Origin: Mobula hypostoma
Lineage: Eukaryota
Direction: 5' to 3'
Assembly (NCBI RefSeq): GCF_963921235.1
Contig: NC_086108.1
Location: 7,316,001 to 7,380,000, forward strand
DNA length: 64,000 bases
The position numbers and the translations under genes were made by a program. Shown here in pieces: positions 1-12,358 of the stretch. The notes beneath the pieces were generated by a model. The model was not told where the DNA came from. It made no database searches and saw nothing but the letters and a program-made list of their open reading frames with translations. The stretch's first letter is position 1; every line of letters starts with the position of its first letter.

Positions 1-610
1 GTACCATTGACTCTGAGGCATATATTAGGATTTTAGAGACATATGTTGCCACCAAGGCGACGTCTCTTCCTGGGACGTCCATGCTTATTTCAGCAGGACA
101 ATGCCAGACCACATTCTGCAGGGGCTACAACAGCGTGGCTTTGTAGACACAGAGTGCGTGTGCTTGACTGGCCTGCTGCCAGTCCAGATCTATCTCCTAT
201 CGAAAATGTATGGCGCATCATGAAGAGGAGAATCAGACAACAGAGACCACGGACTGTTGAGCAGCTGAAGTCTTATATCAAGCAAGAATGAACAAAATTT
301 CTAATTGCAAATCTACTACAACTAGTATCCTCAGTTCCAAAACGATTAAAAAGTGTTATTAAAAGGAAAGGTGATGTAACACAATGGTAAACATGCCTCT
401 GTCCCAACTTTTGTTGAGTGTGTTGCAGCCATCAAATTCTAAATTTGTGTATGTTTACAAAATACAATTAAGTTGGTCAGTAAAACTATAGAAAATCTTT
501 TCTTTGTACTTTTGTCAGTTAAATAAAGGTTCACATGAATTAACATATCACAGATTTTTGTTTTTATTGCATTTTGGAAAATATCCCAACTTTTCTGGAA
601 ATGGGGTTTG
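1..610 (+). mobile_element. Tc1/mariner DNA transposon, 3' part (transposase C-terminus and right end)
   Basis: ORF 43-291 has FQQDNARPH...WPAASPDLSPIENVW (Tc1 DD34E motifs); premature stop at the expected QEW; element ends ...ggggtttg followed by TA. Confidence 0.9.
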
Positions 611-904
611 TATATACATTATATGGTTATATATGTTACATGCATGTATATAGTGAAATGACAATAAACTTGACTTGGCATGACTTGGTTAAGGATGGCT
701 GCTGTGTAAAGTTGGACTGGAGGGCATCCAGGAAGAGCTAGAGCTAATTGGATGTACATTGGCTTGTTGGCAAGAGGCAGAGGCTGATGGAGGAAGCTTG
801 AGTTTTTTTGGATTGGGAAACTGCGATTTGTAGTGTTCCCCAGGAGTTGGCGCCAAGAACATTGCTATGTGTCACCTACGTCAGTGAGAACGTACAAGGC
901 ATCG

Positions 905-1200
905 GGGTGGCGGGGTGGAGGTGTGAGGTGCTCCTTCCCTCCGCTAGCCTGCAGGTCACCCTTGGGCAAGGTGTAGCACCTGCTTAGCCCCCTATTCAGG
1001 GTAACGTGAACCCATGGGAGCAAGTCGTATGAGCAGCTGGTGCATATCACAACTCCTGGTATGTGAAACCAGGCAGGCAGTCTCTGAAGAATATTGATAA
1101 GGCTGCAGTCACCTGCCTTGTAAAGACACTGCCCAGAAGGCGGCAATGGCAAACCACTTCTGTAGAAAAGTTTGCCATGAGCAATCATGGTCATGGAAAG
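905..1200 (+). mobile_element. SINE-like repeat with RTE/BovB-type 3' tail (other copies ~18805-19210, 27450-27800, 56220-56570, 58490-58905 minus)
   Basis: shared ctagcctgcaggtcacccttgggcaaggtgtagcacctgc core and aatggcaaaccact...ttgcca tail in 5 copies. Confidence 0.7.
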
Positions 1201-1367
1201 TTGTCACATAACAATAAGGCATGGTCAGTAAATTTGCAGGGGCCATTAAAAGAGATGGTTTCATGGACAGTGAAGGTGGCTATCAGGGATTAATTAGAGG
1301 TCTTGATCTGCTGGGAAAGTGGGCCAAAGAATGGGAGATGCAGTTTAATTCAGGTAAGTGTAAGATG

Positions 1368-1697
1368 CAACTTTGATGTATGTTGCTTGAATTTCCAGCA
1401 TCTGCAGAATTCCCGTTGTTTGCGTTTAAATTCACTACTGCGAAGCCTCTTCCGGTGATGCCTACACCGAAGAAGTTTAGATCCTCTCTTCGACGGGAGT
1501 TCAGTGAAACCATCTCTCACTGCTCCCCATCTCTTTCAAATCCCTTACTCACTCTTCCTTCAGTTAGTCCTGACGAAGGGTCTCGGCCTGAAACGTCGAC
1601 TGCGCTTCTTCCTATAGATGCTGCCTGGCCTGCTGCATTCACCAGCAACTTTGATGTATGTTGCTTGAATTTCCAGCATCTGCAGAATTCCTGTTGT
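1368..1697 (+). mobile_element. Miniature internally deleted Penelope-like element inserted in a CR1 remnant
   Basis: 13-bp TSD taagtgtaagatg (1355-1367, 1698-1710); 52-bp terminal direct repeats (1368-1419, 1646-1697); 3' part matches the end of the 44703-47178 PLE. Confidence 0.8.
1566..1601 (+). ncRNA. Minimal type-I hammerhead ribozyme motif
   Basis: AGUC-CUGACGA-A-GGGU(CUCG)GCCU-GAAAC-GUC-GACU: stem I AGUC/GACU, CUGANGA and GAAA cores, stem II, palindromic ACGU stem III, GUC cleavage triplet. Confidence 0.75.
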
Positions 1698-2194
1698 TAA
1701 GTGTAAGATGTTGCATTTTGGGAAGAGAAATCTGGGTAGGATTATCACAATGGGGAGCGTTGCAGAACAGAGAGACCTTGAAATACAAGTACACAGTTCC
1801 CTGAACATGATGTCACATGTGGACAGGGTGGTGAAGAACTTTGACCTCTAACCATGATCTTTCAGGACGTTAACCGAGATGTCAGATTGCAGTTGTACAC
1901 AGTTTCGTTCCACGGTGTTTTTGTTTCGCGGCTGCCTGCAGAAGGCTGAATCAGAGGTGTATTCTGCATACCTGCTTAGATAATAAATGTACTTTGAATC
2001 GCTGAAGACGATGGTGAGGCCACGTTTGGGACTCGACATTCAGCTTTAGTCACCCTGCTCAGAGAAAGATGCCGCTCAGCTTGAAAGAGTGTGGAGGAGA
2101 TTTACGAAGATGTTGCCGGGGCTCGAAAGACTGGATGATGCAGAGAGGTTGGGATTTAATTCATGGGAAGATAGGAAAATGAGGGGAATATTGC

Positions 2195-2730
2195 ATACAG
2201 TTCTGGTCGCCTCACTTTAGGAAAGATGTTGGGGCTTTAGAGAGGGTGGAGAAGAGGTTTACCAGGATGCTGCCTAGCTTCGAGGGTATATGCTATAATG
2301 AGAGGCTGGAAAAATTTGGGTTGTTTTCTCTGGAGCAGCTGAGACTGAGGGATGATCTGATAGAGGTTTACAAGGTTATGAGAGGCACAGATAGAGCAGA
2401 TATGGAATATCTTTTTCCCAGAGTAGAAATGTCTAATAGCAGAGGGCACACATTGCAAATGAGAGAGGGTAGGTTCAAAGAGGATGTGAGGGGCAAGTTT
2501 TTTCACTCAGAGTGTGGTGGATGCCTGGAATGTGCTGCCTGGGGTGGTGGTAGAGGCAAATTAGAGGTTTTTAAGAGACATTTAGATAGGCACATGGATA
2601 CAAGGAAGATGGAGGGATACAGACATGGTGTAGGTAGAAGGGATTAGTTTATGGCATCCTAAAAATGTTTAGCTGGTTCAGCACAACATTGTGGGCCGAA
2701 GGGACAGTTCCTTTGCTGTTCTCTTCTATG
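2195..2730 (+). mobile_element. CR1-type LINE 3' fragment
   Basis: ORF 2246-2647 RFTRMLP..ERLEKFGLFSLEQLRLRDDLIEVYK (CR1 ORF2 C-terminus) plus gggccgaaggg tail. Confidence 0.85.
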
Positions 2731-2829
2731 ATCCATGTGATATCATGGAGGCATAGGTCAATGGTTAGGAAAAGTTTAGACTCTAAACCTCTAAAGAGGG
2801 ATCTGGGCCAAACACTGGCAAATGAGACC

Positions 2830-3620
2830 ACAAGACTATAAGATAAAGGAAAGAGTAGATTTAGGCTATTTGACTCTGCCATTTCATCGTGGCTGATCCA
2901 TTTCCCCCTCTTTGTCCCAATCTCCTGCTTTCTCCCCGTATGCCTTCATGCCCTGACTAACCAAGAATCTATCAACCTTTGCCTTAAATATATCCAATGA
3001 CTTGGCCAACACAGCCGCCTTTGGCAATGAGTTCCATAGATTCACTGCTCTCCGGCTAAAGAAATTCCTTCTCATCTCCGTTCCAAAAGGACGTCCCTCC
3101 ATTATGAGGCTGTGGTCCTAGACTACACCACCACAGCAAATATTCTCTCCACATCCACCTTATAGAGGCCTTTCAATATTTGATAGGCTTCATTGAGGTC
3201 ACCCCTCATTCTTCTGAATTCCAGAGACTAGAGGCCCAGAGCCATCAAACGCTCCTCATAGGACAAGCCTTATTTTCATGAACCTCCTTTGAACCCCATC
3301 CCATATCAATCAGCACATCTTTTCTTAGATAAGGGGCTCAAAACTGCTTGCAATACTCCAAGTGAGGCCTCACCAGTGTTTTTATAAAGTCTCAACATTA
3401 CATCCTTGCTTTTACATTCCAGTCATCTTGAAATGAATGCTAACATGACATTTACCTTTCTCACACTGACTCAACCTGCAAATTAACCTTTAGGGAATCC
3501 TGTATGAGGGCTCCCAAGTCCCTCTACACCCCAAGTTTCTGAATTTTCTCCCTATTCCAAAGTGCTTTTATTTCTTCTACCAAAGTGCATGACCACACAA
3601 TTACTGACGCTGTATTCCAT
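2830..3620 (-). mobile_element. CR1-type LINE 3' fragment
   Basis: ORF 2884-3102 RRNFFSRRAVNLWNSLP; typical CR1 tail. Confidence 0.8.
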
Positions 3621-3621
3621 C

Positions 3622-3936
3622 GTGGGCACGTGGTCAAGTGGTTAAGGCATTCGACTAGCGGTCGACTGAAGGTCGTGAGCTTGAACCCCAGCCGAGGCAG
3701 CGTGTTGTGTCCTTGAGCAAGGCACTTAACCACACAGTGCTCTGCGACGACACTGGTGTCAAGCTGTATGGGTCCTAATGCCCTTCCCTTGGACAACATC
3801 GGTGTCGTGGAGAGGGGAGACTTGCAACATGGGCAACTGCTGGTCTTCCATACAACCTTGTCCAGGCCTGCGCCCTGGAGAGTGAAGACTTTCCAGGCAC
3901 AGACCCAAGGTCTCGCAAGACTAACGGATGCCTTTA
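3622..3936 (+). mobile_element. tRNA-derived SINE (second copy 62557-62868)
   Basis: A-box-like tggtcaagtgg head, gtgtccttgagcaaggcactt core, gactaacggatgccttta tail; closely similar copy at 62.6 kb. Confidence 0.8.
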
Positions 3937-4429
3937 TTGTTCCATCTGCCGGTATGGGACTAGCTTAGATAGGAATCTTGGTCAGCATAGATGAGTTGGG
4001 ATGAATGGCCTGTTACTGTGCTGTACAACACTAGGTACAAATCTTGGAACTCCCTCCCCAGCAGCAGTTGAGAGTTTTGGACAGCAGCAACCTTCAGCCT
4101 TGCCACCCATGCCCAACGTCCAAGTAAAATAGCAGCATCTGCTGTTTATATGCTTTAGACCGCTGCTGATCACGATTTATCTGATGCTAACAGTGGCAGC
4201 TTATCTCATCAAGGAAGCTTAAGACCCAAGAGACTCAATGTGTTTGCATGAAGAGTTAATTGCAATCCTGATTTGAAGCCACTTCGGGTGCAGTGAGTCA
4301 GAGTGGATGGGGAATCCAGGACCGATCAGAGGCTCCAGGGAGGAAACCTTAATTCACCTACTCACCTCCACAGACAAGCTGCAGCCAGGCCCACGCACCA
4401 CACCTCTGCTTACCCTTTGACGGGTCGTT

Positions 4430-4676
4430 CATTTATTTATTGACGTACAGCGTGGAATAGGCTCTTTGAGTCACGTCGCCCAGCAATTCCCCAATTTAAT
4501 CCTAGCCTAATTGCAGGACAATTTTCAATGGCCAATCAACCTACCGACCGGACTGTGGGAGGAAACCCATGCGGTCACGGGGAGAATGTACACACTCTTC
4601 ACAGACAGCAGCAGGAATTGAACCCAGGTTGCTGGAACTGTAAAGTATTGTGCCACCCAGTACGTTACTGTGCCAC
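4430..4676 (-). mobile_element. V-SINE (HE1-like); many further copies e.g. 8790-8958, 16490-16756, 18508-18770, 32815-33070, 38040-38260, 55390-55670
   Basis: tRNA-like head with ggttcaattcc B box; V-domain gggtttcctccgggtgctccggtttcctcccacag in the family (partly deleted in this copy). Confidence 0.75.
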
Positions 4677-4724
4677 CTGATGCTTACACAGGTTCCTTAA
4701 TGTTGTTAAAGTCAGGGGTGGTTG

Positions 4725-5230
4725 TGTGGATAAGCTCCAATGCTCCCAATGGCACGAGTCTCAAGTAGCCTCTGACAGTCAAGTCCAGCTACTGGCCCTC
4801 ACTTGTGACTACTAAACCTGTTTCTACTGACAGGAGCAGGGACAAAGGCGGGTTACTGGCACCTTAAAACCAGTCGCTTCAGGCGGATGGGGCTTGTCAG
4901 CCACGGTTGGCAGATTATTTAGGAGAAAGAATACTCTGACCTCAAACCTCCACTGCCTTGAGGAAGCCTTCGGGTTAAACCCCAAGGAAAAATCTGGAGT
5001 TAGGGTCCCCAAGGCAGTCCTATGTCAAGATCAACACTGACAGGCAACTGCTGCGATGCTGCTAGTGCCAGACTGTATCGGTCTCTGCCATTTCTTTGGA
5101 TTCATTAGCTGCGTGGAGAGGAGGAAACTACATGGGCAACAGCTTCTTCTCCATATTGTAATCCTCTGGCTGTGTATCTAGACTGCTAGGACACAACATC
5201 CACGGTCGACGCTGACCAATGGAGGGCCTC
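4725..5230 (+). mobile_element. ~500-bp retroposon-like repeat, probably RTE-related (copies 24465-25030, 33075-33480)
   Basis: aatgctcccaatgg...agcctctgaca...ttaaaaccagtcgctt shared by three copies. Confidence 0.6.
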
Positions 5231-5477
5231 ATCGTTTACATGGATGAAACTGTTCTGCAGACATTTTACAACTGGGACCTTTCCTTTAAAAGATTCTGCA
5301 TGGATCTTCCCCCATTCAAATCTCAGCCCTAGCGCGAGTAGTTGGCTCATCACTGAATTTCCACATCCAAGCACAGTCCTCAACACCTCCCCACAGATCC
5401 ATCACCCTACCCCAACCTCGGATCCTGAAAACTCATCATCCCAAGTGCCTCAAAGTAAGGGTCTGTCTGCTGCCACA

Positions 5478-5963
5478 CCTGATCTCCATAAATCCCCGAG
5501 ACACCTCCTACCTTTCCAACCAGCTACCTGATCCCCATAAATCCCCGAGACACCTCCTCCTTTCCAACCAGGTACCTGATCCCCATAAATCCCGAGACAC
5601 CTCCTACCTTTCCAACCAGGTATCTGATCCCCAAAAATCCCCGAGACACCTCCTCCTTTCCAACCAGGTACCTGATCCCCAAAAATCCTGAGACACCTCC
5701 TCCTTTCCAACCAGGTACCTGATCCCCATAAATCCCCGAGACACCTCCTCCTTTCCAACCAGGTACCTGATCCCCAAAAATCCTGAGACACCTCCTCCCT
5801 TTCCAACCAGGTACCTGATCCCCATAAATCCCCGAGACACCTCCTCCTTTCCAACCAGGTACCTGATCCCCATAAATCCCGAGACACCTCCTACCTTTCC
5901 AACCAGGTATCTGATCCCCAAAAATCCTGAGACACCTCCTCCTTTCCAACCAGGTACCTGATC
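5478..5963. repeat. Minisatellite, ~10 copies of a 47-49 bp unit
   Basis: unit cctgatccccataaatccccgagacacctcctcctttccaaccaggta repeated in tandem with small variants. Confidence 0.95.
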
Positions 5964-6189
5964 ACCAAACTGGTTGGTCTCTCCCCACCCCCCCCCCAAA
6001 ACCTTGGACTGGCCTCTGACTTCCAATCTCCCACCTAACCCCCTCCCCCAACTTCCTCCAACCAAGGAAACGCTGTGGCTCCAGAAGAGCTTTCCGCTAC
6101 ACATTAGCAACAACGCCGTGACAAAACTGTGCGCCAAGAGGGTGTCAACGCTTCAACTCCAAACAGATAACCTCTGATACATCATTTAA

Positions 6190-6582
6190 CCTCCAAGAGG
6201 ACCATAACCTTGTCACAGGAATTGGAGGCTTGTGTACCTCAATGACCCAGAGTCAGGGCTTTATGCTTTGGCTCTTGGTTGGGTCACCCATGGCAAACAG
6301 GTCAAAGGGTAGAGGCCAGACTAAGAGTGGTTCACCGGTCCTCCAGGTTCGGGGTTTCAGCTCAGGGTTAACAACCCTGACTGGTCAAAGAAAACTTACA
6401 GAAACAGGCAATGAAGAATCCTTCTACATCTGAGTGTGACAGCATTCCTGAGTCTCCACCCGGGACTTGTGTGACTGACTGTGAAAGGCTAGGGGAAGCT
6501 ACAGACACTATGAAAGAAGCCCTGAACACAACAGCTGGAGGTTCTTCCTTGATATCCTAGACACCAGTGGCGGAATGGGCAT
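6190..6582 (+). mobile_element. RTE (Expander/REX3-like) 5'-end-derived repeat (second copy ~35232-35530 minus)
   Basis: ggtcacccatggcaaacaggtcaaagggtagaggccagactaagag shared by both copies and resembling RTE 5' UTRs. Confidence 0.6.
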
Positions 6583-6883
6583 GAAAAATATCATTTAAGA
6601 TTTGAGATGTTGAAGAGCATGGACAACTAATAACAAACAAATTGTAGTAATGGGGAAAATTGCCCCTTTACCTCCATCATGTAATGATATGATGGACGTA
6701 ACTAATCAATGTGGATCAGTAACCCTCCACCTCACTTCCTTCCCATGCAATCGACCCCCATCTCCTCACTTGTGGGAAAAGTCGAGGTTCTCCGCACCAA
6801 AGTGACGTTCATTAGAGACGAATGGGCTTTGAAAGTTCACTGGTACCTTGGGGAGAGCAGTGGGATTAGCTGTGTGTCCTCAC

Positions 6884-6967
6884 CATTTGACCCCTCTCGT
6901 ACTCCGCGATCTTCTCCATCTCTTCGTTCATTTTCTCGATGTTCTGCCGTCGCTTTTCTTCCCACTC
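6884..6967 (-). CDS. CCDC9: CCDC9 coding exon (EWEEKRRQNIEKMNEEMEKIAEYERGQM)
   Basis: 84 nt, phase 0-0, tcctgacag acceptor and gtgagg donor; matches recalled human CCDC9 EWEERRRQNIEKMNEEMEKIAEYERNQR. Confidence 0.93.
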
Positions 6968-7147
6968 CTGTCAGGAGAGATTAATTGGAAAGCTTTTCAC
7001 TCACTGATCTAAGATCTCAAGCTCAGGACTGTAGGGTTGGAGGCATGACTTTATAAATCTGGAATATAAACTCAAAATCTGTAATGGTTAGAATCAGAAT
7101 CAGCTTTATTATGTGCCTAAGAGTTTTGCACTGTGCAAAAGTTTATG

Positions 7148-7149
<2 letters not shown>

Positions 7150-7182
<33 letters not shown>
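7150..7182. repeat. (AT)n microsatellite
   Basis: direct observation. Confidence 0.95.
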
Positions 7183-7185
<3 letters not shown>

Positions 7186-10100
7186 TAAACTCAGGTGCCC
7201 AAGACTTTTGCAGTGCTGTAGTGATTTTATGTATTGCACTGTACTGCTGCCGCAAAAATAAAGCAAATTTCATGACGTATGTGGGGCATGATAAACCTGA
7301 TTCTGATATGGGCGTCTGTTGTGGACTGAGAGTGGGAAGGGGAAAGGAGAGGGGAGGGAGTGGGAAGAACCAGTAGGCACTCTGAAATGATCAATAAACC
7401 AATTGTTCAGAATCAAATGACCTTGCCTGGTGCCTCAGAGCTGGGTATGTCTGCACCCACACCACCCCCCACCCCGGCACTCCTTCTCTGCCACCCGTCC
7501 CACACCCCTCCCCTGGTGCTCCACCCTCGCCGTTCCCAACTTTCTTTGCTGCCACCAGATTTACAAACTCGTCCTGCGTTCCACGTTGACAAATACAGCA
7601 CTGTGCAAAGCTCTCAGGCACCCTAGCCATACATATGCACCTAAGATTTTTGCATAGTACTGTAAGTTGTGAAAAGTGAAATACAAAAAAAAAGACTAAA
7701 AGTTACAAGGTCATAAGTTAAGGGTGAAAGGTGAAATGTTTAAGGGGAACTTTGTCACTCAGGGTGGTTGGAGTTCAGGCACGTTGAAATTTAGAGGTAA
7801 CAGAATGAGACTACTCCAACCAGGAACGCGGAGCTTGTGCAACTGGAGATAATGGGACGGGCAGAAGTACCTTGCGGGCATAAGAGGCCATAAGACACGA
7901 GCAGAATTAGGCCATTCGGCCCACTATCATTCCATCATGGCAGATTTACTACCTCTCTGAACCCCGTTCTCCTGTCTTCTCTCTGTAACCTTTGACACCC
8001 TGACCAATCAAGAACCCGTGCTTTCCACAGATTCACCACTCTCTGATGAAAGAAATTCCTCCACAGCTCTGTTCTAAATGACTGTCCCTCTGGTGCTAGA
8101 CTCCCCCACTATTGAAAATATCCTCTCCACATCCACTCTTTCGAGGCCTTTCTGTATTCGATAGGTTTCACTGAGGTCCCTTCCTCATCCTTCAAATTCC
8201 AGTGAGTACAGCTCCAGAGCCTTTAATCGCTGCTCCTATGAAACTTTCAACCCCAAAATCATTCTCGTGAACCTCCTCTGCACCCTTTCCAATGCCTGCA
8301 CATCCTTTCTTAAAAAGAGGCCCAAAACTGCTCATAGTACTCCAAAAGCAGTCTATCCAGGCCTTTCAATATTCAATAGGTTACAATGAGATCCCTCCTT
8401 CGATCTTCTAATCCCCCCTCATTCTAATCCTCACTCTGACCCAGTGCATCCTCGGACTGCGTTGGCGTTGGTGCAGACAGTGCATTTCACTGTATGTTTC
8501 GACGTACATGTGACGAACAAAGCCAATCATCCATCTGTTCGTCACTAGTACAGATATGGCGGGACCTCATCTTGGCTGAAATGCCACTAAAGCCAGTGTC
8601 CAGAGAGATTCTGGCCAGAGGGGTGGTCAGAGGCTGGGACAACAATAGAGGCTAAAGATGATGGTTTTGGTAATCCTGATGTTTATACAGAAAACTGCTT
8701 TGCTCGTGTGGTGCTGAGCTTGAAGTATCAGCCAACTTCAAATGACATTTGGTGATAGAAATTTCGCTTTCCAGAGGCAACACACCCAATGGGAATTAAC
8801 CTACAACCGGCACATCTTTGGACTGTGGGAGGAAACCGGAGCACCCGGAGGAAACCCACGCAGTCATGGGGTAGAACGTACAAACTCCTTACAGGCAGTG
8901 GCAGGAATTGGACCCTGGTCACCTGCACTGTAAAGTGTGGTTCTACCAATACGCCACCAAGTTAAAAGCAAGTTAACATCTTGCTTTTAGTATTCAACAC
9001 ACTGATGGCCTTATGCAAATGAGAACTTTGAGAGGCAGCAGTGGATCCCAAGGTTCTGGCTGCCGAGTCATGGAACTCTCCCCTGGGCCCAATCACTAAA
9101 GCACGCAGTCATTCCTCATCAGGAAGCTGCTCTTCGCCCAGCGTGACTAAGCCTTCAGGAACTCCCCGATAACACAAAGGAAGAGAAGTTAATCGATGGC
9201 CAAGAGGAAATATTTCAAGCACTGGCTTGCAGCAAATCTCTGCAACTGATCCCAACCTAGAAACTCAGATGTCATTACCAAGACCACAGGATGCAAAATT
9301 TTCCATTGGGCCTCAGGACCAAAAGAATGCAGGTGAGCCAACTGGAAGAAGACTCCGAGGATTAAGGTCACCTGCAGCCTTCATCCTCCAAAAGGACAGT
9401 GTGGCAGTTTTCAGAGAACCTTTCCATAGGATAGAGGAGCAGAATTAGGCCACTCAACCCATCAAGTCTGCTCCCCTATCGGATCATACTGATTTATTTT
9501 CCCTCACAGCCCCATTCTCCTGCCTTCTTTCTGTAACTTTTGATTAATCTTGCTTTTGTTGTTTCGTTGAAGCAGTTGATTGAAAAGGTCAGGGTGGCAG
9601 GGCTGGAGGTGAGGCACAGGCCAGTTCAGATCACTGCTCCATGAGGTTTGCTCGTCTCTGTCAATCGGCTGTGGACTCACTTTTGTGTACTTCAGTACAG
9701 AAAGTTATTTGTTTACTTTTATTGTTTGCACCATTTGTTTTTTTCTCTCTGCACATTGAGTGTTTGACAGTAAGCAGGCTGGATGCTGTTTTCCTGCGAC
9801 AGCATTTCATGTAGATATGCTCAATGGTGGAGAGGGCTTTACCACTATGTATCTGGGAGAAGCTACAAAAACTACACTGACAGCATCGAAAGTTGGCACT
9901 GAACCCAGTTCTCTTGAGCTGCACTCTCCGAGGTTGGGATGTTTTGAAATCTTGGGTTAACAGGAAGAGACAACTCCAGTCAGGAACATGGAGTTTTGCA
10001 ACCGGAGATAATGATATGTTTGTGTTAACACCCAATGCAATCTAAGGTTAGCCCACATGGGTTGCCACATAGCTGCCTGTGAAAAAGAATTCCACAGATT

Positions 10101-11094
10101 CACCTCTCTCTGGTTAAAGAAATTCCTCCTCATCTCTGTCCCACTATTCTGAGGCTGTATCCTCTTGTCTTAGACTCTCCCAGCATAGGAAACATCCTCT
10201 CGAATATATTTCTACAACAGCGATGAGAAGAGAGCACGTCCTGGTTGGTGGGCCATATGTCATCAATTGTGAGGGGTGGAGGTGGTCTTCTCCTTGCAAA
10301 TAATAAACACACTCTTGAACAGATCCACTCTGCCTTTGGTTCTTTGTAATCAGATCAAGCGAAAGGTATATGACACCGCCATCAGGAGGAAGGTACAGGA
10401 GCCTCAGGATTCACACCACCAGCTTCAGAAACAGTGACAACCCCTCGAGCATCAGGCTCTTGAACTAGAGGGGATAATTACACTCAACTTCACTTGCCCC
10501 ATCAGCGAGGTGCTTACACAGCCAATGGACTCATTTTCAAAGACTCATCTCACATTCTCAATATTTATTGCTTATTAATTTACCACTTTCTTTTTGTGCT
10601 TGCTCAGTTTGGTGTTTTCTGCACTCTGGTCAAACGCCCAGTTGGGTGTCCTTTCATTGATTCTATTATGGGGTTATTACTCTATTATGGATTTATTGAG
10701 AATGTCTACAAGAAAGTGAATCTTGGGGTTGTATATTGCGAGATATGTACTTTGATAATATATGTACTTGGAACTTTTGAACTTAGTACTTTCCCTATGT
10801 TTTGATGTATACATGACAAATAAATGAATATAAATCAGAATTTGATGTCCTCGATGGTGGAGAGCAATGGAACCAAAGAGTTGTGAGTTTTTTTTTTGTT
10901 TTACACTTAAATCTGTTTCACACATTTGACATTTTCTTTCTTCACAGTCTTATATAACACTGGACAATGAAGATTTTGCTTCCTGAATACATTTGTGTGT
11001 ATCTTATGGATTTTGGGCTGTTGAACATTAAAATCACCATGGAATTTCCCGATCACACACTACGTTTTTGAAATTGCCTATATTTGTTATTTCA

Positions 11095-12358
11095 AAGGGC
11101 TGGCTCAGCATCGTGGGCTGAAGGGCCAGCACTGTGCTCTAATGTTCTGTGTTCTATAACATTTGATGGTTTGATTCTGGTGAAGGTTATTGAAACTGAA
11201 AAGTTTTATCTGTTTCTTTTCCCACAGATGTTGCTGGGATTTGAGGACTTTAGTTATCAGGAAAGATTGAATAGGTTAGGACTTTATTCCTTGGAACGTA
11301 GAAGACTGAGAGGAGATTTGATAGAGGTATACAAAATTATGAAGGTTCATGCAAACAAGCTTTTTCCACTGAGGTTGGGTGAGACTAGAAGTAGACATCG
11401 GGAGTTAAGGGTGAAAGGTGAAATGTTTAAGGGGAACTTCTTCACTCAGAGGGTCGTGGGAGTATGGGATGAGATGCCAGCAGAAGTGGTAGAAGTTGGT
11501 TCAATTGTAACATTTAAGAGAGGGTTGGATAGGTATGTGGATGAGAGGGATATGGTCCAGGACGAGGCAGAAGACCAGGTCGGCATGGACTAGATGGGCC
11601 AAAGGACCTGTTTCTGTGCTGTAGTGCTCTATGACTCTCTGCTGCCCCCTGATGGTCACCTCCGGCATTTTCTCTTTTTGTTTGAGATTCCCAGCAACTA
11701 CAGTTCTTGTTTCACTCTTTGGTTTCATCTGTGGAATCCACTGTCACGGACTTTTGTGGAGGCCAAGTCATTGGGTAGGTTTAAAGGGGAGGTTGAAAGG
11801 TTTTTGATTAGTCAGGGTGAGAAAGGTTATGGGGAGAGGGGAGGAGAAAGGGGTGGAGAGGGAAAATACATCAGCCACAATGGAATGGCGGTACAGACTC
11901 GATGGCCAAATTCTTCTCCTGTGTATTGTGGTCCGTGGTCTCATTACCAAAGCTGTTCCTGGCAATGCTGACAGGCTGTCACTGCTGGGACAACTTGGTT
12001 GAATTTACCTCCCTCCACCCCGAGTGCCCTGAATTTCACAACCGTGGAGTCTGGGCTCTCTTACAGGCGGGCAGCTGAGAGACAGCGATCAAACATGTGA
12101 GAATGCACACAATCCGGCTGAAGAGAGCTTCCTTGTAATTATTTTTAACTCCCTTCCTTTTGGTTCCGTCTTGTGAAGTCTTGATGGAAGCACAGCAGCA
12201 ACAATGCTCCCTGCTTACCTTAGTCCATGCTCCGGGAATGAAAAATATTGATTTAGATAGACGCTGTGTTATTATTTGGTTCTAGGATACTGCTCTTGAT
12301 TTGCAGTGTTGGCATTAGTTTTTAGTTAGTTTAGTTAGCAACTTAATTGACCTGGAGT
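11095..12358 (+). repeat. Inverted duplication copy A (partner 42683-43354 plus 47179-47841)
   Basis: reverse-complement near-identity including non-repetitive DNA; the ORF track shows identical or near-identical ORFs on opposite strands (e.g. 11817-12002 and 43039-43224). Confidence 0.95.

Noticed and set aside
3622..3700. tRNA genes (also at V-SINE heads)
   Set aside because: Only A/B-box-like heads fused to SINE bodies; no full cloverleaf
5450..6137. Several long repetitive ORFs and a CRISPR-like periodicity
   Set aside because: Products of a 48-bp tandem repeat; no unique spacers or cas genes; vertebrate intron context
6200..6390. HDV-like ribozyme in the Expander-like 5' end
   Set aside because: Could not assemble the nested double pseudoknot by eye
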